A stretch of 64,000 bases of DNA from a virus (lineage: Duplodnaviria; Caudoviricetes), in IMG/VR virus record IMGVR_UViG_3300031867_000037, positions 1-64,000 of that record, one strand, 5' to 3'. Shown one piece after another: positions 1 through 8,736 of this stretch (the first letter of the stretch is position 1; every line of letters begins with the position of its first letter). A model generated the notes under the pieces. It made no database searches. It had not been told where the DNA came from and saw nothing but the letters and a program-made list of their open reading frames with translations. The translations under genes and the position numbers were made by a program.

Positions 1-35
1 GAGCAATGGTGGATGTGCACCAGAAAGGAGAACCG

Positions 36-236
36 ATGATTAACAAAGTTACAGTAAGATGGTGGGATGGATATTTAGAAACATTTGAAGCTACAGAGGT
101 GAGATTTGGCTGCGACCTGCTTTGGATGCGTCTTGCGAACGGCAAAAACAGACATATTCCCTTGAGAATGGTGCGCTGGTTTGGCATGAGCGAAGAATCG
201 CATGAGCCGGAAAGGAGAACCGATGAGACCGATTGA
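36..236 (+). CDS. hypothetical phage protein
   Basis: RBS AGAAAGGAG before ATG at 36; first of a tightly coupled ORF series. Confidence 0.7.
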   Translation: MINKVTVRWWDGYLETFEATEVRFGCDLLWMRLANGKNRHIPLRMVRWFGMSEESHEPERRTDETD

Positions 237-636
237 TGCAGATGCGGCACTTAAAGCACTCCGCAAATGCCAGACATATCTTTATGACGCACGAGACCCA
301 GAGCTAAAGATTGAGTTAAGCAGTGCGGAGGCGGCTATCAACAATCTGCCGACCATTCAGCCCGAGAAGACACAACTTTCTCAGGAAGGCACAACAAAAG
401 ACGCAATTAGTAGACAGGCGGCGATTGATGAATGTAACAAGCGAGGTGCGGAGCATATAGGCTATGCTATTGCTCACTTGCCGACCGTACAGCCCGAACC
501 GGCAATTCCGCTGTCGTGGATTGAGAAATATATCGAGTGGCTAAAAAGTCTCGATAATGAATTTGCAAATCTGGCGGCGGCACATATTTCTGTTATGGTG
601 AAGAAATGGAGGGATGAGCAGGATGAGACCAATTGA
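223..636 (+). CDS. hypothetical phage protein (MRPIDADA-type N-terminus)
   Basis: RBS GAAAGGAG; N-terminus shared with next ORF. Confidence 0.7.
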   Translation: MRPIDADAALKALRKCQTYLYDARDPELKIELSSAEAAINNLPTIQPEKTQLSQEGTTKDAISRQAAIDECNKRGAEHIGYAIAHLPTVQPEPAIPLSWIEKYIEWLKSLDNEFANLAAAHISVMVKKWRDEQDETN

Positions 637-955
637 CGCTGATGCACTGATAGAATTTTGCGCAGAACGGTGGATACCATTAAATATTGATGCAGTTAAC
701 ATGCAACCGCCAGTACAGCCAGAACCGACGTGGATTCCGGTGAGTGAGAGATTACCAGAAGATATGCAGTATGTATTATTAACTGTACGGAGATTAAATA
801 ATGCATACAATCACGAGCCTTTCATATCTGTTGGATATATAGGATGGAATCAGCACCATTGGTGGTGTGCGCATGATGGAGATTGTGAAATTAGCAACGT
901 AGAAGTCCTCGCATGGATGCCACTTCCAAAAATTTATAATCCAAACAACGAATAA
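614..955 (+). CDS. DUF551-like phage protein
   Basis: WIPVSERLPE ... VLAWMPLP motifs. Confidence 0.7.
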   Translation: MSRMRPIDADALIEFCAERWIPLNIDAVNMQPPVQPEPTWIPVSERLPEDMQYVLLTVRRLNNAYNHEPFISVGYIGWNQHHWWCAHDGDCEISNVEVLAWMPLPKIYNPNNE

Positions 956-973
956 AGGAGAATAAAATTACTA

Positions 974-1147
974 ATGACGGTAAAAGATTTGATTATTGAG
1001 TTATTAGGTACAGACTTGAATAAAGAAGTTTCTGTTGAATATCCAACTTCTGATGGCAAGATTGTTGGCAACTATTCAAGGTATGAAGTAGGAGATAATC
1101 TTAGATTGGTAGAATGTGATTATGGTGTGATTATTGAGGTAGAATAA
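974..1147 (+). CDS. small hypothetical protein (57 aa, MTVKDLIIELL...)
   Basis: AAAGGAG RBS; hand-translated ORF below track cutoff. Confidence 0.6.
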   Translation: MTVKDLIIELLGTDLNKEVSVEYPTSDGKIVGNYSRYEVGDNLRLVECDYGVIIEVE

Positions 1148-1215
1148 AATGATAATGTATATTATAGGTGTTATAGTCGGATTTATACTTGGTTATTTTT
1201 TAGGGTCTGATAATC

Positions 1216-2247
1216 ATGGTAATAAATAATGTACAGTTTAATGTGGAATTAATTGATATACTACAGGAACTTATTTCTCAGTTACGTGCAAATGATATTC
1301 AGTTAATTCAGAAATATAAAGATGGACCAACACACATTCAAGTATGTTGCCCATATCATAATAATGGACAAGAACGTAGACCATCAGCAGGAATAAGAAA
1401 AGACGATGGAGTGTTTCATTGCTTTGCTTGTGGAGAAATACATTCTTTACAAGAAGTAATATCATATTGTTTTGGACGTACTGATGATATTGTAGGAAAG
1501 TTTGGTTGGCAGTGGTTATTAAAGAATTTTGCAACAGTACAGGTAGAGGAACGAAAAGATGTCGAACTTGATTTTAAGCGGAGTAGTGTTCGTATTGGGA
1601 ATGAATGTGGTAATGTTAAACAATATCCACAGCAGTTTAAATCAGATAAACATATCACTGGGAATTTTAATGGATATGTTACAGAAGAAGAATTAGATAA
1701 ATATAGATATATACATCCTTATATGTATCAGAGAGGATTAACAGATGAAGTTATTGAACTTTTTGATATTGGTTATGATTCTGCCACTAAAAGCATTACT
1801 TTTCCTGTTAAAGATGTTAATGGTAACTGTCTTTTTGTTGCTCGTAGGTCCGTTATAAGTAAGTTCTTTAACTATCCTGAAGGCGTAGAGAAACCACTTT
1901 ATGGATTGTATGAAATAATGAAATTTTATAATGAAAGATACCTTATATCGGAAGTAATTGTATGCGAATCTATGTTAGATGCTTTGTCGTTTTGGACAAT
2001 AGGAAAGTTTGCTTGCGCTCTTAATGGATTAGGTAATGAATTACAATTTAAACAGTTGAGAGAATTGCCGTGCAGAAAAATAATACTTGCTACTGATATG
2101 GACGAAAGGGGGTTAGCGGCGAGAAAAAGAATACGACATAATATACAGAATAGAAAGATAATAACAGAGTATTTCTTCCCAAAAGGAAGAAAAGACGCAA
2201 ATGAGTGTACTAAAGAAGAATTATTAAATTTAGAGGAGGTGTTTTAA
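1216..2247 (+). CDS. dnaG: DNA primase (CHC2 zinc finger + TOPRIM)
   Basis: CCPYH...FHCFAC zinc finger; VCESMLDA and ATDMDERG TOPRIM motifs. Confidence 0.9.
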   Translation: MVINNVQFNVELIDILQELISQLRANDIQLIQKYKDGPTHIQVCCPYHNNGQERRPSAGIRKDDGVFHCFACGEIHSLQEVISYCFGRTDDIVGKFGWQWLLKNFATVQVEERKDVELDFKRSSVRIGNECGNVKQYPQQFKSDKHITGNFNGYVTEEELDKYRYIHPYMYQRGLTDEVIELFDIGYDSATKSITFPVKDVNGNCLFVARRSVISKFFNYPEGVEKPLYGLYEIMKFYNERYLISEVIVCESMLDALSFWTIGKFACALNGLGNELQFKQLRELPCRKIILATDMDERGLAARKRIRHNIQNRKIITEYFFPKGRKDANECTKEELLNLEEVF

Positions 2248-2471
2248 TGGTTCCAAAAGAAACAAAAAACTTACAGTGGCGTGATGCGTGGTTTCATATG
2301 CTCAATGGTGCAAGAATTAAACGTCCTTCGTGGGAAGGATATTGGGCGTGGGAAAATGCAACTATTATGATGCATTGTCGTGATGGTAGTGTGCAGAATA
2401 TTCTTGACACTGAAAATCCTGCATATACGTTTACTAACGTAGCCGCAAAAGATTGGATGGTAGTAGAATAA
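2247..2471 (+). CDS. DUF2829/Tad2-like small protein
   Basis: NGARIKRPSW...TIMMHCRDG...AKDWMVVE pattern resembles DUF2829. Confidence 0.55.
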   Translation: MVPKETKNLQWRDAWFHMLNGARIKRPSWEGYWAWENATIMMHCRDGSVQNILDTENPAYTFTNVAAKDWMVVE

Positions 2472-2495
2472 GTTTACATTTTCTAAAACTCGTTG

Positions 2496-2524
2496 TTGAC
2501 TTCTATTATAATATGTAGTACAAT
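2496..2524 (+). promoter_or_regulatory. sigma-A type promoter (TTGACT-17-TACAAT)
   Basis: Consensus boxes, 17-bp spacer ending ATGTAG; near-copy at 15215. Confidence 0.8.
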
Positions 2525-2572
2525 TAAACAGTAGCGATACACACTATAGAACTTATAGAAAGGATAAGAACT

Positions 2573-2941
2573 ATGCGAAAGACAAGAAATTTAACTGTTG
2601 AAATCGACGGCACAAAACTCAGGAACATTTTTACGGCTCGTGGACTTAATCTTTGTGATGTGTCAAGAGACTGTGGGTATGAGGGTTCATATTTTAGTCA
2701 TGTTTGTCGGGATAACAAGATAACTAAACCGGCTAGTGTTCTTTTGCAAGATAGGTATAAAATTTATCTTGGCGATTATGAAATAACTAAGCCCGAAATT
2801 GTTAGTGCAGAGTTGTTGCCGGTAGAGTTTGCACGTAGTGCAGAAGTAGAGTTTACAATATCGGAAGATACAGCAAAGAAATTACACCAGATTATTTATT
2901 CAGCAGTTTATGAAGCTATGAAACTGGCGCTGAATGGATAA
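2573..2941 (+). CDS. putative HTH DNA-binding protein
   Basis: XRE-like pattern LRNIFTARGLNLCDVSRDCG; RBS GAAAGGA. Confidence 0.55.
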   Translation: MRKTRNLTVEIDGTKLRNIFTARGLNLCDVSRDCGYEGSYFSHVCRDNKITKPASVLLQDRYKIYLGDYEITKPEIVSAELLPVEFARSAEVEFTISEDTAKKLHQIIYSAVYEAMKLALNG

Positions 2942-2966
2942 ATATAAAAAGAAAGGAAAATAAACT

Positions 2967-3629
2967 ATGGCAAGATTTAACACAGAAACAGCAGACAAAT
3001 ATGGTGGACAAGGTGGAGCAGGGTATTTTTCACTCAAGAATGATAAGGACGTTGCTAGAGTACGTTTTATGTACAACGGCATTGATGATGTAGAAGGATA
3101 TGCTGTGCATCAGGTAGAGATTGACGGCAAGAAGCGTTATGTAAATTGTCTCAGAGAGTACAATGAGCCTAAAGATAAATGCCCGTTCTGCCGCGAAGGC
3201 ATGTTTACTACAGCGAAGTTATTCGTTCCTCTTTACAATGTCGATGAAGATAAGGTACAAGTTTGGGAAAGAGGAAAGAAATTTGTTGCCAAAATTTCTT
3301 CTATCTGTGCCCGTTATCCGAATGTAGTATCTCATGTGTTTGAAATTGAGAGAAATGGCAAGAAGGGTGAGCAGACAACTACCTATGAAATTTATGAGGT
3401 AGACAAAGACGAAACTACACTCGAAGATTTACCCGAAGCGGCTGACCCGCTTGGCACAATCGTACTTGACAAGTCAGCAGATGATATGGATTTCTTCCTT
3501 GATAACGGATATTTCCCGCCTGATGGAGATGAAGTTCCTGTAAGACGTCGGTCTAGTAGAAGTGAAGAATCTTCTGGAGAAATACGAAGCACAAGACGTA
3601 CTCCGGCAAATCGTAGAGAGGCTTTTTAA
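2967..3629 (+). CDS. single-stranded DNA-binding protein (phage OB-fold type)
   Basis: YFSLKNDKDVARVRF, CPFC, VWERGKKF motifs; charged tail; lies between primase and polymerase. Confidence 0.7.
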   Translation: MARFNTETADKYGGQGGAGYFSLKNDKDVARVRFMYNGIDDVEGYAVHQVEIDGKKRYVNCLREYNEPKDKCPFCREGMFTTAKLFVPLYNVDEDKVQVWERGKKFVAKISSICARYPNVVSHVFEIERNGKKGEQTTTYEIYEVDKDETTLEDLPEAADPLGTIVLDKSADDMDFFLDNGYFPPDGDEVPVRRRSSRSEESSGEIRSTRRTPANRREAF

Positions 3630-3651
3630 TCAATTAAGAAAGGAGAACTAT

Positions 3652-3936
3652 ATGAACGAGGAAAAGAAAACATATGCGCCTGGCACAGTGACTATTAGTT
3701 CTGAGGAATATCGTGACATTCTCACAGAGGCGTTTGACGCAAAAAAGGATATGGATAAGTGGTACAGTCAATATTGGGAAGAGTATCATAAAAAGCGTAA
3801 TCTTGAAGAAGAAAATGCGAAACTCAAAGAACAGGTTGCTATGTTAGAGAAAGAACTTGCCGAAATGAAAAAGAAATCTGGAACAATTTCGCCAGAAGAA
3901 ATTGTAGCTATGATGACTGCTACAATTAAGAATTAA
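3652..3936 (+). CDS. hypothetical coiled-coil protein
   Basis: RBS AGAAAGGAG; heptad LEEENAKLKEQVAMLEKELAEM. Confidence 0.7.
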   Translation: MNEEKKTYAPGTVTISSEEYRDILTEAFDAKKDMDKWYSQYWEEYHKKRNLEEENAKLKEQVAMLEKELAEMKKKSGTISPEEIVAMMTATIKN

Positions 3937-3947
3937 GAGGCGGTAAT

Positions 3948-6257
3948 ATGGCATTATTTAGTGTTCCTAAGAGAGCGGGTAAAGCACAAGATAAAGCCAT
4001 TGCTAAATCAACTAAAAAGTCTGCTAGTAAGTCCACTACTGTAAAAGGTGGTGGACTGCTAGGACAGATAAATCAAATAAAAGCAATGGTAGAAAAACAT
4101 CTCGGCAAGTTTAAGAATGATTATGAGATAATCACAACCGTTGATGATTTGAACAAGTATTTTTGTGCTTGTTATGAAAACGGTGTTATTAGTATTGACA
4201 CCGAAACAACGGGTCTTGACCCGATTGTAGATAAGATTGTAGGACTTTGTATTTATACACCAAATCAGAAACCGGCATATGTGCCAATTAATCATGTGTC
4301 ATATGTTACAGGTGTGAGAGTTGATAATCAGCTTACAGAAGGACAGGTTGCCGGACAGTTAAAGTGGTTAATAGCAAGAAGTGACTTAGATATAATAATG
4401 TTTAATGCCAAATTTGATATGCGAGTAATAAGAAATCAGCTTGGCGTAAAGAACATTTATTGTACGTGGGATTGTTACCTTGCGGCGAAGTTAATGAATG
4501 AAAATGAGGAAAGTCACGGACTTAAAGCACTTCACCAGAAATATGTGCTTGACGGTAAAGAGGATGAATTTAAGTTCGATGCGCTTTTCAAAGGTTTATC
4601 AGCAGACAAGATTCCTATTAATACATTCTATCTTTATGCGGCACATGATGCAGTTATTACGTATGAATTGTATGAATACCAGAGACAGTATCTATATTAT
4701 GATGAAACAAAACCGCATGAAGACAGAAATGGGATGAATGGTGTATCTTGGGTGTTCTTCAATATTGAAATGCCGTGTATAAAAGTAGTTTGTGATATGG
4801 AAGATAACGGGGTGAAATTTGATTTTGAATATCAGCAAAAGTTATCGGAGAAATATAATAAACTGCTAGAAGAAAAGACGAAAGAATTTTATAGGTGTTG
4901 TTCTGTATACGATTCAGAAATTGAAGAATATAAACGGAAGAATGTAAATAATAAACTAGATACTCCTATTAATATGGGAAGTCCTACACAGATTGCAATT
5001 CTTCTTTATGACATTTTACAAATTGAGCCGCCCGACCCAAAAAGTCCTAGAGGTACTGGTGAAGCAATTCTGCAAAAGATTGATAATCCTATTGCAAAAG
5101 CTATATTGGATTATCGAGAGTTGTCGAAACTTATTGGCACATATATTGATAAATTACCAGATTGTGTAAATCTGAAAGATGGTAGAATACACTGTAGTTT
5201 TAATCAGTATGGTGCAAAGACTGGTAGATTCAGCAGTTCAGACCCAAATCTTCAAAATATTCCTAGTCATAATAAAGATATTCGAAAGATGTTTGTGGCA
5301 TCAGATGGTTATGTTTTAATGTCTAGTGACTACTCACAGCAAGAACCGAAGGTTATGACGCAGATGTGTGGTGACCCGAAGATGATTAAAGCATATCAAG
5401 AAGGGAAAGATTTATATGCAGAAATCGCCGCATTGTCATTTAATACAACTTATGAAAATTGTCTTGAATTTAGACCCGACGGCACAACTAATCCGGATGG
5501 AAAGAATCGTAGAAGTCAAGCCAAGAGCATCTTGCTTGGAGTGCTCTATGGTAGAGGAGTGCCGTCTATTGCAGAACAGCTTGGAACGACAACAAAGAAA
5601 GCACAGGCAATAAAAGATTCTGTATTCAAAGGATTTCCTGCAATTCCGCAGTTTGAAGAAGATAGTTTAGATATGGCATATGAAAAAGGATATGTTACTA
5701 CCCTGTGGGGAAGAAAACGCAGATTGCCCGATTTACAACTTCCTGAATACGAGTTCAAATGGAAAGACGGAGCAAAACCAGACGATGACCTACTTGATTT
5801 TAATGAAGAAGTGTTCGGAGAAGTGGAAGACCAGACCGTGCCAGATGAACTTGTACAAAAGTATACACGAAGATTGAGACAAGCATATTTCGGTCAGAAA
5901 AGAAAAATCTTTGAAGATGCTAACAAAGAAGGAATATGGGTTGTCGATAATGGAGCAAAAATAGCAGATGCACAAAGACAATGTGTAAATGCTAGAATCC
6001 AAGGCTCAGCGGCAGATATGAGTAAGTTGGCAATGATTTTAGTTGGCAATGATGAAAGACTAAAAGAATTAGGATTCAGACTTCTTATACCTGTACACGA
6101 TGAATTAATAGCAGAGTGTCCAGAAGAAAATGTAAAGGAATGTTCTGAAAGATTTGCAATGCTTATGTCAAAAGCGGCAGAAAGTGGATTAAGTATTCCT
6201 ATTAAGTGCGATGTTGAAATAACCAAAGCGTGGTACGGAGAAAGCGTGAAAATATGA
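3948..6257 (+). CDS. polA: family A DNA polymerase with 3'-5' exonuclease
   Basis: Exo I DTETTG; motif A DYSQQE; motif B AKSILLGVLYG; motif C VHDEL. Confidence 0.97.
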   Translation: MALFSVPKRAGKAQDKAIAKSTKKSASKSTTVKGGGLLGQINQIKAMVEKHLGKFKNDYEIITTVDDLNKYFCACYENGVISIDTETTGLDPIVDKIVGLCIYTPNQKPAYVPINHVSYVTGVRVDNQLTEGQVAGQLKWLIARSDLDIIMFNAKFDMRVIRNQLGVKNIYCTWDCYLAAKLMNENEESHGLKALHQKYVLDGKEDEFKFDALFKGLSADKIPINTFYLYAAHDAVITYELYEYQRQYLYYDETKPHEDRNGMNGVSWVFFNIEMPCIKVVCDMEDNGVKFDFEYQQKLSEKYNKLLEEKTKEFYRCCSVYDSEIEEYKRKNVNNKLDTPINMGSPTQIAILLYDILQIEPPDPKSPRGTGEAILQKIDNPIAKAILDYRELSKLIGTYIDKLPDCVNLKDGRIHCSFNQYGAKTGRFSSSDPNLQNIPSHNKDIRKMFVASDGYVLMSSDYSQQEPKVMTQMCGDPKMIKAYQEGKDLYAEIAALSFNTTYENCLEFRPDGTTNPDGKNRRSQAKSILLGVLYGRGVPSIAEQLGTTTKKAQAIKDSVFKGFPAIPQFEEDSLDMAYEKGYVTTLWGRKRRLPDLQLPEYEFKWKDGAKPDDDLLDFNEEVFGEVEDQTVPDELVQKYTRRLRQAYFGQKRKIFEDANKEGIWVVDNGAKIADAQRQCVNARIQGSAADMSKLAMILVGNDERLKELGFRLLIPVHDELIAECPEENVKECSERFAMLMSKAAESGLSIPIKCDVEITKAWYGESVKI

Positions 6258-6820
6258 TTTATTTAATTGTTGGTCCAAGCTGTGCAGGTAAAACTCAATT
6301 TGTAACTAATTCTTTTATAAAGGATTCTAGTTTAGTTTGCAGTAAGGCTGAGTATATAAAAGTTACAGAAGCCGATAATTATTATCTAATAGGCGACTGG
6401 ACATTGAAAACTAAAGTACGTGGCACCGATAAAATACCTAGACATCAGTATAAACTTATTGTGCCGCAAATAGAGGCGTTGTTAAATAGGCCAAACCAGA
6501 AAGACATTGTTGCAGAAGGTGTAAACCTGTGTTGGAAATTTGTTTTTGACGACCTAATCAAATACAGTGCAGATATTAAACTGATATATTTACAGTGTTC
6601 TCTTGCAAAATCAATACAGCGTAATAAAGAATTAAGCGGTACTCAACGAGAGAGCAATATTAAATCAACGTGGACAAGAACTGATAATATAGTTAATAAG
6701 TATTATGGGTATTTTGATACGTATACGTGTCGAACAGATGGAGATATTGATTTTAGTAGTTTTGGACTTGATACCGCCACTTTGTATAAATACTCTGCGC
6801 CACAAAAACCATTAATATAA
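6254..6820 (+). CDS. P-loop nucleotide kinase-like protein
   Basis: Walker A GPSCAGKT; LIG..GTDK and AEG motifs; ATGA overlap with polA stop. Confidence 0.75.
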   Translation: MIYLIVGPSCAGKTQFVTNSFIKDSSLVCSKAEYIKVTEADNYYLIGDWTLKTKVRGTDKIPRHQYKLIVPQIEALLNRPNQKDIVAEGVNLCWKFVFDDLIKYSADIKLIYLQCSLAKSIQRNKELSGTQRESNIKSTWTRTDNIVNKYYGYFDTYTCRTDGDIDFSSFGLDTATLYKYSAPQKPLI

Positions 6821-6839
6821 TTGGAGAGAGACATTTATT

Positions 6840-7259
6840 ATGGATAGTAAGAAGCGTTTATTTTCGATAAAGGCAAATCCAGTTGAAGAATTGAGGAGTA
6901 GCGTATATACAAATAAAATAACTATACCTCAATATTTACCATCGCCAGTGTGTCCTAAATTGTATGAATTAGTTGACACTACGGTCTATACTAGATTGAT
7001 TAGGGATATTAATCAATCGGATGTGCCAGTTGATGTAAAAGAATTTTTGAAAGTGTGTGCAACTAGACATATTGTATTTAATTATTCGAAAATAGCCGAC
7101 TATTATGCACACTCTGATAAGGAGATTCAAAAGTTGATGGAAGAATCTGCGTTGGTTATAATTGATGTTGATGATGCTATTGCGAATGGATATGTTAAGT
7201 TGAGCAAGAATATTGAAACTATAATGAAAAAATCAGGAGTTGTTGCAAGTGAGGAATGA
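6840..7259 (+). CDS. conserved helical phage protein paired with glycosyltransferase
   Basis: RHIVFNYSKIADYYAH...MEESALVIID motif. Confidence 0.7.
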   Translation: MDSKKRLFSIKANPVEELRSSVYTNKITIPQYLPSPVCPKLYELVDTTVYTRLIRDINQSDVPVDVKEFLKVCATRHIVFNYSKIADYYAHSDKEIQKLMEESALVIIDVDDAIANGYVKLSKNIETIMKKSGVVASEE

Positions 7260-8100
7260 TTTTGCAATTTTCATTTTAACACACGGAAGACCGAATAAAG
7301 TAGTTACATTGGACACTTTAGTAAAGAGTGGTAATACAAATAAAGTTTATCTGGTCGTGGACAACGAAGACAGTTTATTAGATAGTTATTATGCAAATTT
7401 TGGTAAATCTAATGTCATTGTATTCGATAAAAAGAAAAAAAGTACAGAATTTGATACAATGGATTTATCAGACGATAGGCGTGCGATAGTTTATGCTAGG
7501 AATGCGTGTTTCGACATAGCTGAAAAATTAGGCATTCGATACTTTTTAGAGTTGGATGATGATTATACTGTGTTTCGAAGTCGTGTTTGGGATGGAAAAA
7601 AATTGGCAACTTGGTATTTGCGAGACTTTGATGCAGTTGTGGATGAAATGCTAGAATTTTTAGATACGTCTGGTGCTATAACTGTTGCGTTTTCTCAAAC
7701 TGGAGATTTTATAGGCGGAGTTGGTTCAAAGGTTTATAAAGAACGATTGACCCGTAAAGCTATGAATAGTTTTTTTTGCGACACAACAAAGCGGTTTGAT
7801 TTTATAGGCAGAATAAACGAAGATGTAAATACCTATGTGTTACTTGGAAGTAGAGGAAAATTGTTGTTTACGATAGCCGATATGAGTTTAAATCAACTTA
7901 CAACTCAACATTGGTCAGGCGGAATGAGTGAATTATACTTAGATAGTGGTACGTATGTAAAGTCGTTTTACAGTGTTATAGCTAATCCTTCATCAATTAA
8001 AATTTATGAAATGGGTGACACTCATAAACGAATCCATCATAACATAAATTGGGAACATGCGGTGCCAAAAATTGTAAGCAGTCGATTTAGAAAGGAGTAA
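7240..8100 (+). CDS. TAGT/GREB1-like GT-A fold glycosyltransferase
   Basis: IFILTHGRP, ARNACFDIA, ELDDDY (DxD), FIGRINEDV motifs. Confidence 0.8.
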   Translation: MLQVRNDFAIFILTHGRPNKVVTLDTLVKSGNTNKVYLVVDNEDSLLDSYYANFGKSNVIVFDKKKKSTEFDTMDLSDDRRAIVYARNACFDIAEKLGIRYFLELDDDYTVFRSRVWDGKKLATWYLRDFDAVVDEMLEFLDTSGAITVAFSQTGDFIGGVGSKVYKERLTRKAMNSFFCDTTKRFDFIGRINEDVNTYVLLGSRGKLLFTIADMSLNQLTTQHWSGGMSELYLDSGTYVKSFYSVIANPSSIKIYEMGDTHKRIHHNINWEHAVPKIVSSRFRKE

Positions 8101-8103
8101 ATA

Positions 8104-8313
8104 ATGAGTGAAAGAGTATCAACACAAATTCATACAAGAGAATTAGATAGGGCAGTAGCACACAATAATATGAAAAGAGCTGGTAGACGGCATGTAAATA
8201 AGCACGACCATTATGGGCCTGCTTATATGAGAACAAGAACAAAAAGTTATTTTGCAGAACATTGGAGAGATAATACCGAAGGTATCTCAATTATAGATTT
8301 AAGGAGGAAATAA
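8104..8313 (+). CDS. hypothetical basic protein
   Basis: RBS GAAAGGAG; coupled ORF. Confidence 0.65.
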   Translation: MSERVSTQIHTRELDRAVAHNNMKRAGRRHVNKHDHYGPAYMRTRTKSYFAEHWRDNTEGISIIDLRRK

Positions 8314-8510
8314 TGGCAAAGAAAAAGCACAAGAAACAGAAAATAAGAATCTTTTTTAGGGACGGTAAGAAATATATTATTCCGCAGAAGTTTTGGGATG
8401 ATTATGATTTTATTGCCAAAGATAGCGGAATTTATCTTATTATTATCAAAAATGAGCAGTGGATTGCAGGATACAATATGAAAGATGTTACAGCATGGAC
8501 AGTGGGGTAA
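8313..8510 (+). CDS. hypothetical protein
   Basis: RBS AAGGAGG; TAATG overlap. Confidence 0.65.
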   Translation: MAKKKHKKQKIRIFFRDGKKYIIPQKFWDDYDFIAKDSGIYLIIIKNEQWIAGYNMKDVTAWTVG

Positions 8511-8513
8511 ACT

Positions 8514-8723
8514 ATGATAGGAAAGATTACGATATTTTTTGGAGCTGTCTTATTAGTGTGGGGCATTAGCATGAAAATATGGTACAGCGAGCATCCTAAA
8601 GAAGCAGTAGAGGCGTATCTAACAAAGAAGTTTCCTAAGTGGTTTATGGCTTGGATTTACTGTATTATGCTCGAAGTTGTTTTAGCATTGGCGTCAATAT
8701 TTTGGTTTCTATTTTTAAAATAA
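8514..8723 (+). CDS. small two-TM membrane protein
   Basis: Two hydrophobic stretches. Confidence 0.6.
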   Translation: MIGKITIFFGAVLLVWGISMKIWYSEHPKEAVEAYLTKKFPKWFMAWIYCIMLEVVLALASIFWFLFLK

Positions 8724-8736
8724 GGAGAAAGAAGTT

